DNA of 64,000 nucleotides from a virus. The notes below the pieces were generated by a model that was not told where the DNA came from, made no database searches, and saw only the letters and a list, made by a program, of their open reading frames with translations. The DNA is taken from positions 1 to 64,000 of IMG/VR virus record IMGVR_UViG_3300033145_002388; one strand, 5' to 3'. Positions within the stretch are counted from its first letter, which is position 1; each line of letters starts with the position of its first letter. A program made the position numbers and the translations under genes. Shown here piece after piece: positions 49,101 to 55,052 of the stretch.

Positions 49101-50900
49101 AAAGCTATTTCTATTGATGAAGAAAATAAAAGAAAAGGAATTAAATCAAATTTAGCTAAGGAAGTTTTTAAAAGTAAATCTTTTCAATCTGCACTTAAGA
49201 TTTGGGATAAAGCAGATAAAGGAGTTTATGATTATTATACTGGATGGTTTGAGATTTCAGAATTAGTTGATAAAAAAGGAGTAGATAAATGGGGTGAAAT
49301 TTATGAACAATATATTAAATCACATTTAGCTTTTAAAGAACAATTAAAATTAAGACAACCAAAAAAATATAAAATTCTTTATCCTTTTAAAATAGAAATG
49401 GGAAAATTATCTCCAGATAAAGCACAAGAATTTTTCTTAGCTGATAAGAATGCTGAGGCTAGAAAGATGATGGAAGCTGAAGATCCTGGAATTATTGCTT
49501 ATTATAAATTTTGGCAAAATCTTTCTAGTCTTGCAGATAAGGGACATTGGCAACGTTATTTTAGATATTATTTTAGTGATCAAAATAAAGCAAATAGATT
49601 ACGTCATTGGGATAAGCATCCTGAAGCTAAAAAAACTTTTCCTGCTTGGATGAAATATCAATTAATGCCAGCAAATAATTGGGAAGAAAGAAAGAAAAAA
49701 TCTGATTACCTAGAAAGTAATTTAGATCTTAAGAAATTTTTTCAAAAAGATTTAACAGTTAAAGATTTAGAATTACGAAAAAAGATTGATGATTATTTTA
49801 AAATAAGACAATCGGTTAAAGAATATGGTACAGATTTAGATTACTTTTTTGATTGGAGAAAAAAAGGAATTTTAGCAAATAAATATTTGGAAAAAAATCC
49901 TGAGGTTTTAGAATATTTACAGAGTCATTCTAAACAATATGGTGATGAACAAAAAGGATTAATTCAAGAATTATCTGAGACTTATGATAAATTAGAAACT
50001 TGGACTGAAAAGGATAGGTTTATAGATAAACATCCTGAATTTTTAGAATTTTTAATTAGGTATTCTCCGCCTGGAATTAGAAAAGTGATTAAACTTCAAA
50101 GACAGTATTTTAATTTTGAAGCTGAAGATTGGGATTCTAAAAATAAATTTCTTAATAATTTTCCTGAATTAAAAAATTATTGGGAAATAAAATCTTATCC
50201 TGAAATCTTTTTTACAAATTCAATTATTCGTAAAAAATATTTAGATATTGACAAAAAAGTATTAGATTATTATAATGAGATTAAGAGTTCTTCGTGGGCT
50301 AAAGCTGAATTGCTTAGAAAGAATTTGCCAAGTTTTTATAATCAACCTGGATCTGGAAAAATTGCTGAATGGTTTATTCCTCGTATTTATAGAGAAGCTA
50401 TGTCTGCTTGGTCTAGCCTTTTAAAAAGAAATAAAATTGGTGGAATAGCTTTTTTTAGACAATTACCAAGTTGGATAAGAGATAAATATTTAAAAGCTAA
50501 TCCACAATACAATTTGATTTCTAAATATTCTCTTGAAAGATTTTTAGAAGAACCATTAAGATTAGATTTATTAGCAAAGTCTAAGCTTAGAACTTATTTA
50601 GCTGAAAAGATTCATTATAAATATTCTTCTAATGTTCCATATAAACTTCAAGATAAGATTAGAAAAGAATTTATAAGAGCAGGTATCTGGAAATCAAGAG
50701 CGCATTGGCAAAAAGCAGATTGGCAAAATTATTATTTAAAAAGAGCTATAGAAAAAAATAATTTAATAGCTTTAGATTTATATTATAATCCTTTGTTAAG
50801 AAAAGAATTAGAAAGACTTTCAAAACTTTGGTTAACAAGAGGTAGAATTATTCCATTTAAAAGAAGAATAGTTCCTCATGAGGTAAAGTTAATTGATTAA
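37167..50900 (+). CDS. giant (4577 aa) internal virion/DNA-ejection-type protein with N-terminal LysM-like motifs
   Basis: Lies in structural module; LysM-like segments at ~37476, ~39708, ~39918; LRPGWHLNNMLGD and FDYSHLS..PFWSF resemble large polyvalent/ejection proteins; C-terminal Y/W-rich HPE helical repeats. Confidence 0.75.
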   Translation: MTLFKLFKEQNLSLPSVERRKQLYSRYKLGTDYKGSFEQNTLLSKAIKKDPREFNIFVNALKFPLAPTIIKSSPVKSKVKSVAKLEPVKISKSLKKESFEYDRLTPGKTVGDWLKAKKIKFEDFQKLNPAYKTQDFKVESPFKVKIPKLDSVLIKEFPKVKEILDKKSGEIKDPADIQKILRQSISNLLIGGIKALPEIIVKGKNLLPAYTKNISEGIKQTKISVDKKNLATDLGQKEKAYAANWDPVKILDTTAKTVISLSVMKKGFRPISSDLISLIKKSQKLKLKEKQEKERKLVIPSVEDFLAGEKIDLSSEEKKIITKPKEENESPEYTTARLKNIISKLDSIKKDIQLQQSNLKAEDSSIIGLINKEGKFLPWETLEKDTGLAKNLQSEIEAMSKKIGPATNRMQENTNESIKWQNILFKNLDKYSDVIFNLISDPEVIKDPTILTKVQTWFPNRESFLLGVTKSPTDVLVSTPEVKKLQKEMESLLTPEMKEIIDNASKLDPENDEQADKFWLGLSLDQQKSYQRLMTLNRLIGEKDDATKLQKTWALLEDPYFQKTILESAKYLSEDQKKIIQPVIEIAKLNAERTILWPKVDNEMKSQTEEIKNKYTEYQKLVEGINQRIVALGDPKKQGTLAHWLVDYGDAIHEYQKSLLKAELKSEKKVAEFQDAYIEARSFKSVSRNFMNAITSFLKNHSWEIKAEDEKGFFLKLRKSQEEILAKDKLKIMSQVVFPTGFKNYFIEGGYKYDLPIAITPIGYEVTKNAFSGLQWIWDRTLPAAEVAVTALSQIGSTFYQTVLEETGDLWGMERKKVEELTTIGEFPFKEKNLVSKLWNLNCFNFFNLYDAANLTDLQKIAPGKRFEIQNLPKWIDLKKGGYLPTLYSNYRHPRSYQEIMIKSRMKAVEVLPSEFKIIQEEFLSLNNLNKDSVLSIGDRILIPTQGYIAPRNLIKPNERTKMEQTSDGRLALLAIDFIGWGFLDPTSIFWTRIGSLSKSIFKNICPQLYNQLKTRKDLYKFANEYSRASDLAEDLMSFASLDAIPGGKFKEMFPSLINSRKAFMSLKVLDNLDPKVLAKIEKYAQEGELWRSGYFSKLFIDNVKTKVGKDKLKTFQDSLRALMLEGKIPAASDNLVWEVLNQFGGNGFDLIKQIANNGPKALEIGLNKVVKNYHSARLREYLLKKNLDKTLYGLSPLERNQVLNLSQKTEAQITKELNLMRELGKGKTFKERFLIRPEFTPKSINKIEQAVKQTKINLLNAEKILKESKVTINLPDSYKILYNLKKEGKNYFDIVNKQFVVEQLGKRGVPGLIKDWYSQVGTKLVTYLDNITGYFSESTLMARKNLTYSEIVNGIKQGHGGLGLRLLDTVRFKDKDMTVRALMKELEKVAKGQKSKATFLSTKWPIKIPLQKKQSSSLLDAIYKSIKFDSFKNKDWVGMNSYSFKELLGKVQKLDKNFVPVSKTKDVYNTLPLQWFNANKNTQGYAVFGGLPSRHGMSKIIKVKSKEKLIIQDPKDFKAYFEEAVNLYFLQKYSPLEYKRYQDDLVQMVKRQTDKQLKAWLTPQDRIALLIFENEKKGIASLPNSIIDLFESLTGSADDIKRSITLFLNKRMGLEKEQILASKKAELIKSFKAHGIKEPEREWLLYRRRWNFDLVINPQVEEFATIHNLLSKFPILSFKKTSKLIPAKYVTRLEKNSYPFRSRYPSEIDRLFYEIQQGGRKRFSEIISEKKSLPQKIEEIKNIKAETLNIQANNFLFCPSASKLHTDRDIRLAVQKYGSRGNFIIPGDYKNAEYARKKFETYLPQGRAKVLKKDFQKGSQTQFVLNQPQFIDDLKNVNQLDEMTLGGVIPEKKLAEFWAQIPEDLPSRKIFKTGKYYPSETIGAGVRASKLKKLEDQFGKKIAKQKMADIEKTMAEQKKYWLPQKKYSLGYDYDAIDDIQKNINFVMKDVNDPIAKEFKSWIRYEELEELEKNHKGMVIEIFEILSAKKRVLNSIFSSKEFYVQKNNIVFTSLKGVPLDTTIAIGFTKGKVLGKPRALMANQVKAYVKDIAYKNNLSKAEWPKDMSFNKVSDDIKKAFYLNKYNTREQFRKGFKEVIKPVKKGKTDKALNKLMRDLDLEKKGIVYSKLDRYFTDQVKNLYTIEERGSFLGTIKTELELAKKNLNFLNLGYKKLISAKKSGKKYIYLKKQNVWVKGEKPGPIMKDYVKDESILWKPTQTLIPEGFQSRGEITSKMLMSENILTKSRGTEKISIDNAIKSIAIDLQKQRQYVPKVESLERVFGLFNFKSEYIKNLDDFIDALWDISHKNPSSKATGLVGEWRTNFIINSRGPNVLRPSLIDLKKHKLKIAEIKAYPIPKLTKFIESQQIANVKFPISMSKEAASLKTLRHFNTNIIVAVDLKIPIEISSKYKTIWKSNSRNFFPIGSKFATKEEINLTRKVRDAFFNKKKVVFVGENADLVRLRVLSLFPPEEFATYKGLFTLKRIPAMRTKTYPGYTWEFRKGKRPILMNETEKKLLTEILPKKDWDDLVSYLKSPGIPRTVEEIPAEQTKRLVADFLSDLENSIKISPDYNKFWISKTRKAIGSKVKHVKVELPTMLSFSDIENLGLLKNAGVNLYIERVSGMREAALKQLRHEGINPKLISSAKAKQIHYSYVKGKKGAGQIYEKIQGLKSNVFDGIKKDLNIFFKDFKKVIPVSAIDRGTLRKSTYEWLDNAYALKGKKDLITQWKGTSKILTREFRDNLENVLLKEFGTLNNKVAQNILARKMSKFDDYLKLAEEMKLGFGGQKRLSFYSIGNKLKALINSGFEWVAEKKVGTPLTMGEKGMILTLQALDKTIKTTDLMISLPLRTLRTMWIWGVLFLRPGWHLNNMLGDSLRGTMASHDLKYFIDSSRQFSLLTTSYLKFLGRDIRSLFYPLYRNFIPTKLRKFNLFKDPLKVSRNEMRKVLKQTVAPNTVKNKRRLKLLLKNYDLTFNPKTIRLLHAKSPISWAPKKVFKSLSSPQYWSRKYKIPMSSVEQAAHMGMLTALEDPIYASKLWKLMAETGIKSAIKKRATLLKLDITLYANINEKMRRLLLLDSLMKNKAMSLAKASMRVKSYIFDYSHLSRAERVFRIICPFWSFSRFSVELYTKILLKEGPKFYWAGKFFIEALDEVSKNLPEQFKNRIPIPFTGTFAYLPFGIIDYWRMMANPKEELLRFVDNPLQMPFGLGMDPMLGTTTALLIKRKWYETSRILKDNTGWTDEQIKKEMDKFGAPNLNMLIDFPTFLSNYFPPAAIAGIVFPSLFKVDRATIEDEFSVIQSTTLRSLFKWFGFNILKEEPWMEFGNLYEKTAPHLRPFLIEKTKKENPFIYEAWENFIAKTKMLNLLNARTPDEKVLAMHDLEKFEVVSKYYELEEQHKGYGTRWIESMAAKGNMGPKALLQEHFNYDINESSWRREQKAKYDKMQAKIFMKQVEKEFVAKITPTTGAAMDVLNIPHPDVGFKEAFESQIYDGYGNVRFDTVDEAIQASKEMAEKYNLDNLVPEEIKSRINQESQEWKLRSWEAKEQKKLEDSKYYAQLGVAYSYIPENIDKLSAEQQRLVYAKRDKYISGMSKEFQSRWKESQPEYIQHYKELLNTAYDRIGSIYKKCQISPYDKNYYVEFEKLPEWIKNLHFVYHPEDKDIIPFKAELFRRFQIDRKQNLKGYSSNKRDSFYFSNDLIAIKGRKAIAKDDPVAYEFSKLSQDLSYKVDLSYQSGSLVGYYTLFNTMPAWWKDRFWELKEESVKSGWLSEEDYDMSKKWFEFNSRLEKAKIKDRENLENGIISNLNEKIWFEKKYNDVKNWNEKNEMNKGYKLYTRLQFQFNRKVEKEGPQNYYLFVKNLPEEAKLYYLRHHLDSIQYIDFMAKYNQLFFDKEFIEDSDAKANDFFWAPENTIARNVYFQTHPNEEYYRKERERIFALANTAGEYYDLILSAPQKFQDIYFKKHPLAKLYLSEVQKYFKAISIDEENKRKGIKSNLAKEVFKSKSFQSALKIWDKADKGVYDYYTGWFEISELVDKKGVDKWGEIYEQYIKSHLAFKEQLKLRQPKKYKILYPFKIEMGKLSPDKAQEFFLADKNAEARKMMEAEDPGIIAYYKFWQNLSSLADKGHWQRYFRYYFSDQNKANRLRHWDKHPEAKKTFPAWMKYQLMPANNWEERKKKSDYLESNLDLKKFFQKDLTVKDLELRKKIDDYFKIRQSVKEYGTDLDYFFDWRKKGILANKYLEKNPEVLEYLQSHSKQYGDEQKGLIQELSETYDKLETWTEKDRFIDKHPEFLEFLIRYSPPGIRKVIKLQRQYFNFEAEDWDSKNKFLNNFPELKNYWEIKSYPEIFFTNSIIRKKYLDIDKKVLDYYNEIKSSSWAKAELLRKNLPSFYNQPGSGKIAEWFIPRIYREAMSAWSSLLKRNKIGGIAFFRQLPSWIRDKYLKANPQYNLISKYSLERFLEEPLRLDLLAKSKLRTYLAEKIHYKYSSNVPYKLQDKIRKEFIRAGIWKSRAHWQKADWQNYYLKRAIEKNNLIALDLYYNPLLRKELERLSKLWLTRGRIIPFKRRIVPHEVKLID
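42339..42355. repeat. palindrome copy 4 (TCGGAAATTATTTCCGA)
   Basis: Inside giant gene, read as SEIISE; shares ATTCTCGGAAATWATTTCCGAA with copy 1. Confidence 0.85.
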
Positions 50901-50909
50901 TATTTTAAA

Positions 50910-51533
50910 ATGACTACAGCAAATTTTATAAAAGAATTAGCAGGTTCTTTTTCTGATTCTAATTTCCAATTATTTTCTCCCGAAGATTGGAAAGAAATAA
51001 TTAATTTTCAATTAAAAGAACTAGCAATTGATATAGCTATTAAGACTACTACTGAAGTAACTTATGATTCTTCTACTTTACAAATAGATTTATCTGCTAG
51101 TACCTTTGATGATTTAATAAGTGTAAATGCAATTTTATTAGAAGCAACTAATGGAAGATTAGTTGAATATGATCATTGGTGTTATCTTCCAGAGAAAAAA
51201 ATAGTTGATCTTAATCCAGATTCCTATAAAGATCCTCAAAAAAATATTGCTGACTATTCTAAAACTTATGTTAGGTGGTCTCATTATGCTACTGAATTAA
51301 CAGATGAAAATGATGAAATTCCTATTGAAATGAAAAACATTGGTTTCCTTAAAAAACTTTGTCGAAAGGAAGCTTTATCTAGAATCTTAATGGATAAAAC
51401 TAAATTTAAACGTTATCAGGTTTATGCAGGAAATGTCTCGCATTTTTTTATTTTAAGTTGTATTAAAGATATTAGTAATGAAATTTTAAGTGATAAAATG
51501 CTTCAACGTCAAAATCAAGTTGATACTTTTTAA
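50910..51533 (+). CDS. putative head-tail adaptor protein
   Basis: ~200 aa with helical ends and beta-rich core; position before nozzle-like gene. Confidence 0.5.
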   Translation: MTTANFIKELAGSFSDSNFQLFSPEDWKEIINFQLKELAIDIAIKTTTEVTYDSSTLQIDLSASTFDDLISVNAILLEATNGRLVEYDHWCYLPEKKIVDLNPDSYKDPQKNIADYSKTYVRWSHYATELTDENDEIPIEMKNIGFLKKLCRKEALSRILMDKTKFKRYQVYAGNVSHFFILSCIKDISNEILSDKMLQRQNQVDTF

Positions 51534-51535
51534 GT

Positions 51536-54085
51536 ATGGAAAATATAAATTTAGATCAAAAATATGATATAGAACTGGATTATTATGGATATTTAATTGA
51601 TCCAGGTTCTTTTAGGACCGTACCTGCTTCATTATTTGGAACTCGATTTTCTCAAGGTAGACCTGAATATTCTAATTTAGATTTGTGGCAAATTGGCGCG
51701 CTCACTGATTTTTCTAAAGGTTTAGGTCAAGATTTTTTAGTTGATCCATCTCGCTTTTATTTCTCTACTGGAATTGATATTACAACTCCAGGAGAAATTA
51801 AGATTGAAAAAGATTTAGTTGCAATCCCAGCAGATAAATATCCAACTTCTAAGGGAAAGGTAAGTGCACATTATCGTACTTCTTCGGCTCTTTATTTAGG
51901 AACTGAAGATGGAAATATTTTAAAATCTACTGATGGTGAAACTTTTACTTTAGTTAAAGCTACAGGAACTGGAAAAATTTATCAGTTTTTTGAAACAGAT
52001 AATTTTTTATTTGCTAGTAAGGGTGCAAATACAACTTGGATATATTCTACTTGGGATAAGATTTTTAGTTATCCTTATTCTAATTGGTCAGGTGCAGATT
52101 TGCCTGGTAATAAATACAAATATGGACAAACTTTTACTACAACTAATACTAAATATAAGATAAGAATGATTAAGACAATGATGAGAGCTTTAGCAGGTGT
52201 TGCTACAGGAAATGTAGAGTGTGCAATTTATAATGTTAATAATGATCATGAGCCTTATGGTGATGCTATTGCGACTGCGGAACACGGCCCTCTCTGTAAT
52301 TTTGGAGATGATAATGCTAGTGAAAATAATTATAGATGGGTAACATTTCATTTTTCAGAAGATATTGTTTTGAAAAAAGAAGAAGAATATGCTTTTGTTA
52401 TTAGTGTAATTGGAGGAGCTGATCAATCAACTATTATGGCAAAAGACACATTAAACCCCACAGATCCAGGTTATGCAGTTTCATATGATGGAACAAATTG
52501 GACAGCAACTGATACTAGTGCTTTCATTTATGAAATCTGGAATAAGGAAGGTTCTGAAATTTGGGCTGAAATTGGACCTGAGAATTTATATTTTGTTTCA
52601 GTAGAAAGTCAAATAATTTATGGATATTTTAATGATGGGATTCGTCAATCAGAAGATGGAATAGTTTGGATTCCTGAACCACCAGACCCTTTGTGGGCTG
52701 TTCCTTCTGGAGATGGAATTCCAATTAATGCTTTAACAATCCCAAGAGGATTTTTATTAGGAACTTCTAGGGGTTTATGGATGTTAAGCGCTGGTTCTTC
52801 TGGTTATGCAATAAGAGATTTTAGTGGCCAAGCATCAACTAGTAATTTTAAAGGCTTTGCTAAGTATGATTATTTTGGATTATTTTCTATTGAAAATGAG
52901 GGAATTTTTTATACTGATGGCAAATCTTCTTTTGTTACCAATATAGATTCTCAATCAAAAGCTTTTCCATTTAAATCATGCGCAGGAATAGAAAGTCTTG
53001 GTCAAGATATTTTTGTTTTAATAAAGAATTCAAGTAATGAGTGGTATTTAGCTCGATCAAATCAACGTTATTTTTCTAATCCAACTCATTTTACTATGGT
53101 TAAAAAATTGTCAAAAGAACCTTCTCACCTTTCTTCTTTTGGTTCTTCTACAATTAAAAAAGTATTTGTTCATTATGCAGATGAAACAACTGATGTATTG
53201 GATTTAATTAATGGTGCTTATCAAACTTCGGGCTATTTGATTACTTCAAAAATAGATGAAAATTTAATTCGACTCCAAAAACTTTACAAAAATATTTCTG
53301 TAATTCTTTCTGAATCTCCAGCTTCTTCTTTAGTTTCAATTGCTTATGCTTTAAATAATGATAGTATCGGTTCTTATTCAGATACTATTTTAACTGCATC
53401 TTCTTTTCAAGTAGATAAGGAATTAAGTAATGGAACTACTGGAAATAGAATAACAATTAAAATAAAGCTAACTAAAACAGGATCTTTAACTCCTGTAGTT
53501 ACTGATCTTACTTGGAAGTTTTTTCTAGAAAGACCATTAGAAGAAACTGAAGCTAAGAAAAGTTTTAGTATGACAATTTTAGCTGAAGATAATTTGGAAG
53601 CTAAAAATGGTTCTGATTTTCCTTATACAAGAAGAGAAATTTTAGATCATATTTGGGAAACAAAATCTAAAAAACAATTATTAAATTTTGTAGGTCAAGA
53701 TAATATTGAAACAGATGCAATTAAATTTAGTCATGATTCAGCATTTAGTGTAACGATTGATCAAACAGATAATTTAATTAAATTTTATGATGCATCTGGA
53801 ATACTACAACATTCTATTTCTTCTAATCAAACTTTATCTGCAATTCAAATTGCTGTAGATGCGTTAAGTGGTTATTCAGCTGAGCTTTCACCAGATGCTG
53901 ATGAAACTGTTTCAGGAAAAAATCTTATGCCAGTTTCTTTAAGCTCAATTAAAGGAGGTAAAATATTTAAACTTGGAACATCAGTTCATAAAGTTTTAAT
54001 TACCTCAGGAACTCCTATTGAAACAACAATAGATCCTGAGGGTGCGGGTTCCAGTAGGATTAATTTAGTTTTAAGAGAAGTTTAA
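51536..54085 (+). CDS. putative tail nozzle/stabilisation protein (beta-propeller-like)
   Basis: DFSKGLGQ, LYLGTEDG.ILKSTDGETF, LLGTSRGLW propeller-like blades; SGYLITSKID. Confidence 0.6.
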   Translation: MENINLDQKYDIELDYYGYLIDPGSFRTVPASLFGTRFSQGRPEYSNLDLWQIGALTDFSKGLGQDFLVDPSRFYFSTGIDITTPGEIKIEKDLVAIPADKYPTSKGKVSAHYRTSSALYLGTEDGNILKSTDGETFTLVKATGTGKIYQFFETDNFLFASKGANTTWIYSTWDKIFSYPYSNWSGADLPGNKYKYGQTFTTTNTKYKIRMIKTMMRALAGVATGNVECAIYNVNNDHEPYGDAIATAEHGPLCNFGDDNASENNYRWVTFHFSEDIVLKKEEEYAFVISVIGGADQSTIMAKDTLNPTDPGYAVSYDGTNWTATDTSAFIYEIWNKEGSEIWAEIGPENLYFVSVESQIIYGYFNDGIRQSEDGIVWIPEPPDPLWAVPSGDGIPINALTIPRGFLLGTSRGLWMLSAGSSGYAIRDFSGQASTSNFKGFAKYDYFGLFSIENEGIFYTDGKSSFVTNIDSQSKAFPFKSCAGIESLGQDIFVLIKNSSNEWYLARSNQRYFSNPTHFTMVKKLSKEPSHLSSFGSSTIKKVFVHYADETTDVLDLINGAYQTSGYLITSKIDENLIRLQKLYKNISVILSESPASSLVSIAYALNNDSIGSYSDTILTASSFQVDKELSNGTTGNRITIKIKLTKTGSLTPVVTDLTWKFFLERPLEETEAKKSFSMTILAEDNLEAKNGSDFPYTRREILDHIWETKSKKQLLNFVGQDNIETDAIKFSHDSAFSVTIDQTDNLIKFYDASGILQHSISSNQTLSAIQIAVDALSGYSAELSPDADETVSGKNLMPVSLSSIKGGKIFKLGTSVHKVLITSGTPIETTIDPEGAGSSRINLVLREV

Positions 54086-54169
54086 TATGAAATGTGGGTT
54101 TCAAATATGAAATATAACATAAGGAATGGACAAAGAAAAGTTAAAATTTTAATTAAATAAACTAAAAAA

Positions 54170-54337
54170 ATGCAAGAAGTAAAGTGTTATTGCGTTAAAT
54201 GTAAGAAGATTATGCCTATGGTTAATCCAACTAGACTAGTAAAGAAAACCAAAGGAGGAAAAAAAATGGTTTTTCTTAGAGGAAAATGTAAAGCATGCGG
54301 AACCGGAATGGCAAAAATGCTTCCAATAAAAAAATAA
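54170..54337 (+). CDS. DUF5679-like zinc-ribbon protein (55 aa)
   Basis: Manual translation: CYCVKCKK..NP..RGKCKACGTGMAKM. Confidence 0.7.
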   Translation: MQEVKCYCVKCKKIMPMVNPTRLVKKTKGGKKMVFLRGKCKACGTGMAKMLPIKK

Positions 54338-54338
54338 A

Positions 54339-55052
54339 ATGGCTAAATCATTAAAGTATAGAAGATTACGTGCTTTAGAAGAAAGACGTTATAATAACTT
54401 TGACTATATTAATACTCAGATTAAGAGCAAAGAATTTGCTTGGTCTAGTATTACTCCTAATATTCCAGGAAGTGTACCAGAAAAAATGATTTATGATTAT
54501 CTAGTAAAATTAGGTTTACATTTCCAATTTCAATACCATTTAAAAGATGAACCTGAAACTTATACTGCTGAAAATAGATGGATACCAGATTTTATTCTTC
54601 CAGAATATGATGTTATAATTGAAGTTTATGGAGTCTATTGGCATTCAATGCCAGAAACAGAAGACAAAGATCAAATTAAAGCTTTGTATATGTTGAATAA
54701 AGGTTATACTAGATACATGAGAGGAATCCCTATATATCCAACTGGAGGGTATCAAGGTAAACGATTAATTGTTTGGACTGATATGGAAATTTATTTGGGC
54801 GTTGCTCAATTATTTGCTAGAGATTTGCCAGATATTATATTTAGTCCAATACGAAGAGGAATGCCTGATCAGTATTTAAAAGATAAAGAAGCAGAATTAC
54901 TTAGAATCGAAAGACAAAAAGATGCTCAAGCTGCACGTAGAATCCTTCCTAAAATTTATCCACGTAAACAAAATATAGTTTCTAAATATAAAAAACATGT
55001 TAACAAAATTTCCAAAAAATTACACCCAGGATCCGTGTCTAGAGCCTTATGA
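54339..55052 (+). CDS. Vsr/DUF559-like PD-(D/E)xK nuclease-fold protein
   Basis: SVPEKMIYDYL..FQFQY..IPDFILPEYDVIIEVYGVYWH. Confidence 0.75.
   Translation: MAKSLKYRRLRALEERRYNNFDYINTQIKSKEFAWSSITPNIPGSVPEKMIYDYLVKLGLHFQFQYHLKDEPETYTAENRWIPDFILPEYDVIIEVYGVYWHSMPETEDKDQIKALYMLNKGYTRYMRGIPIYPTGGYQGKRLIVWTDMEIYLGVAQLFARDLPDIIFSPIRRGMPDQYLKDKEAELLRIERQKDAQAARRILPKIYPRKQNIVSKYKKHVNKISKKLHPGSVSRAL

Noticed and set aside
37167-50900. N4-like or crAss-like virion RNA polymerase
   Set aside because: No recognisable catalytic DxDGD or T7-type motifs by eye; cannot be fully excluded without structure prediction
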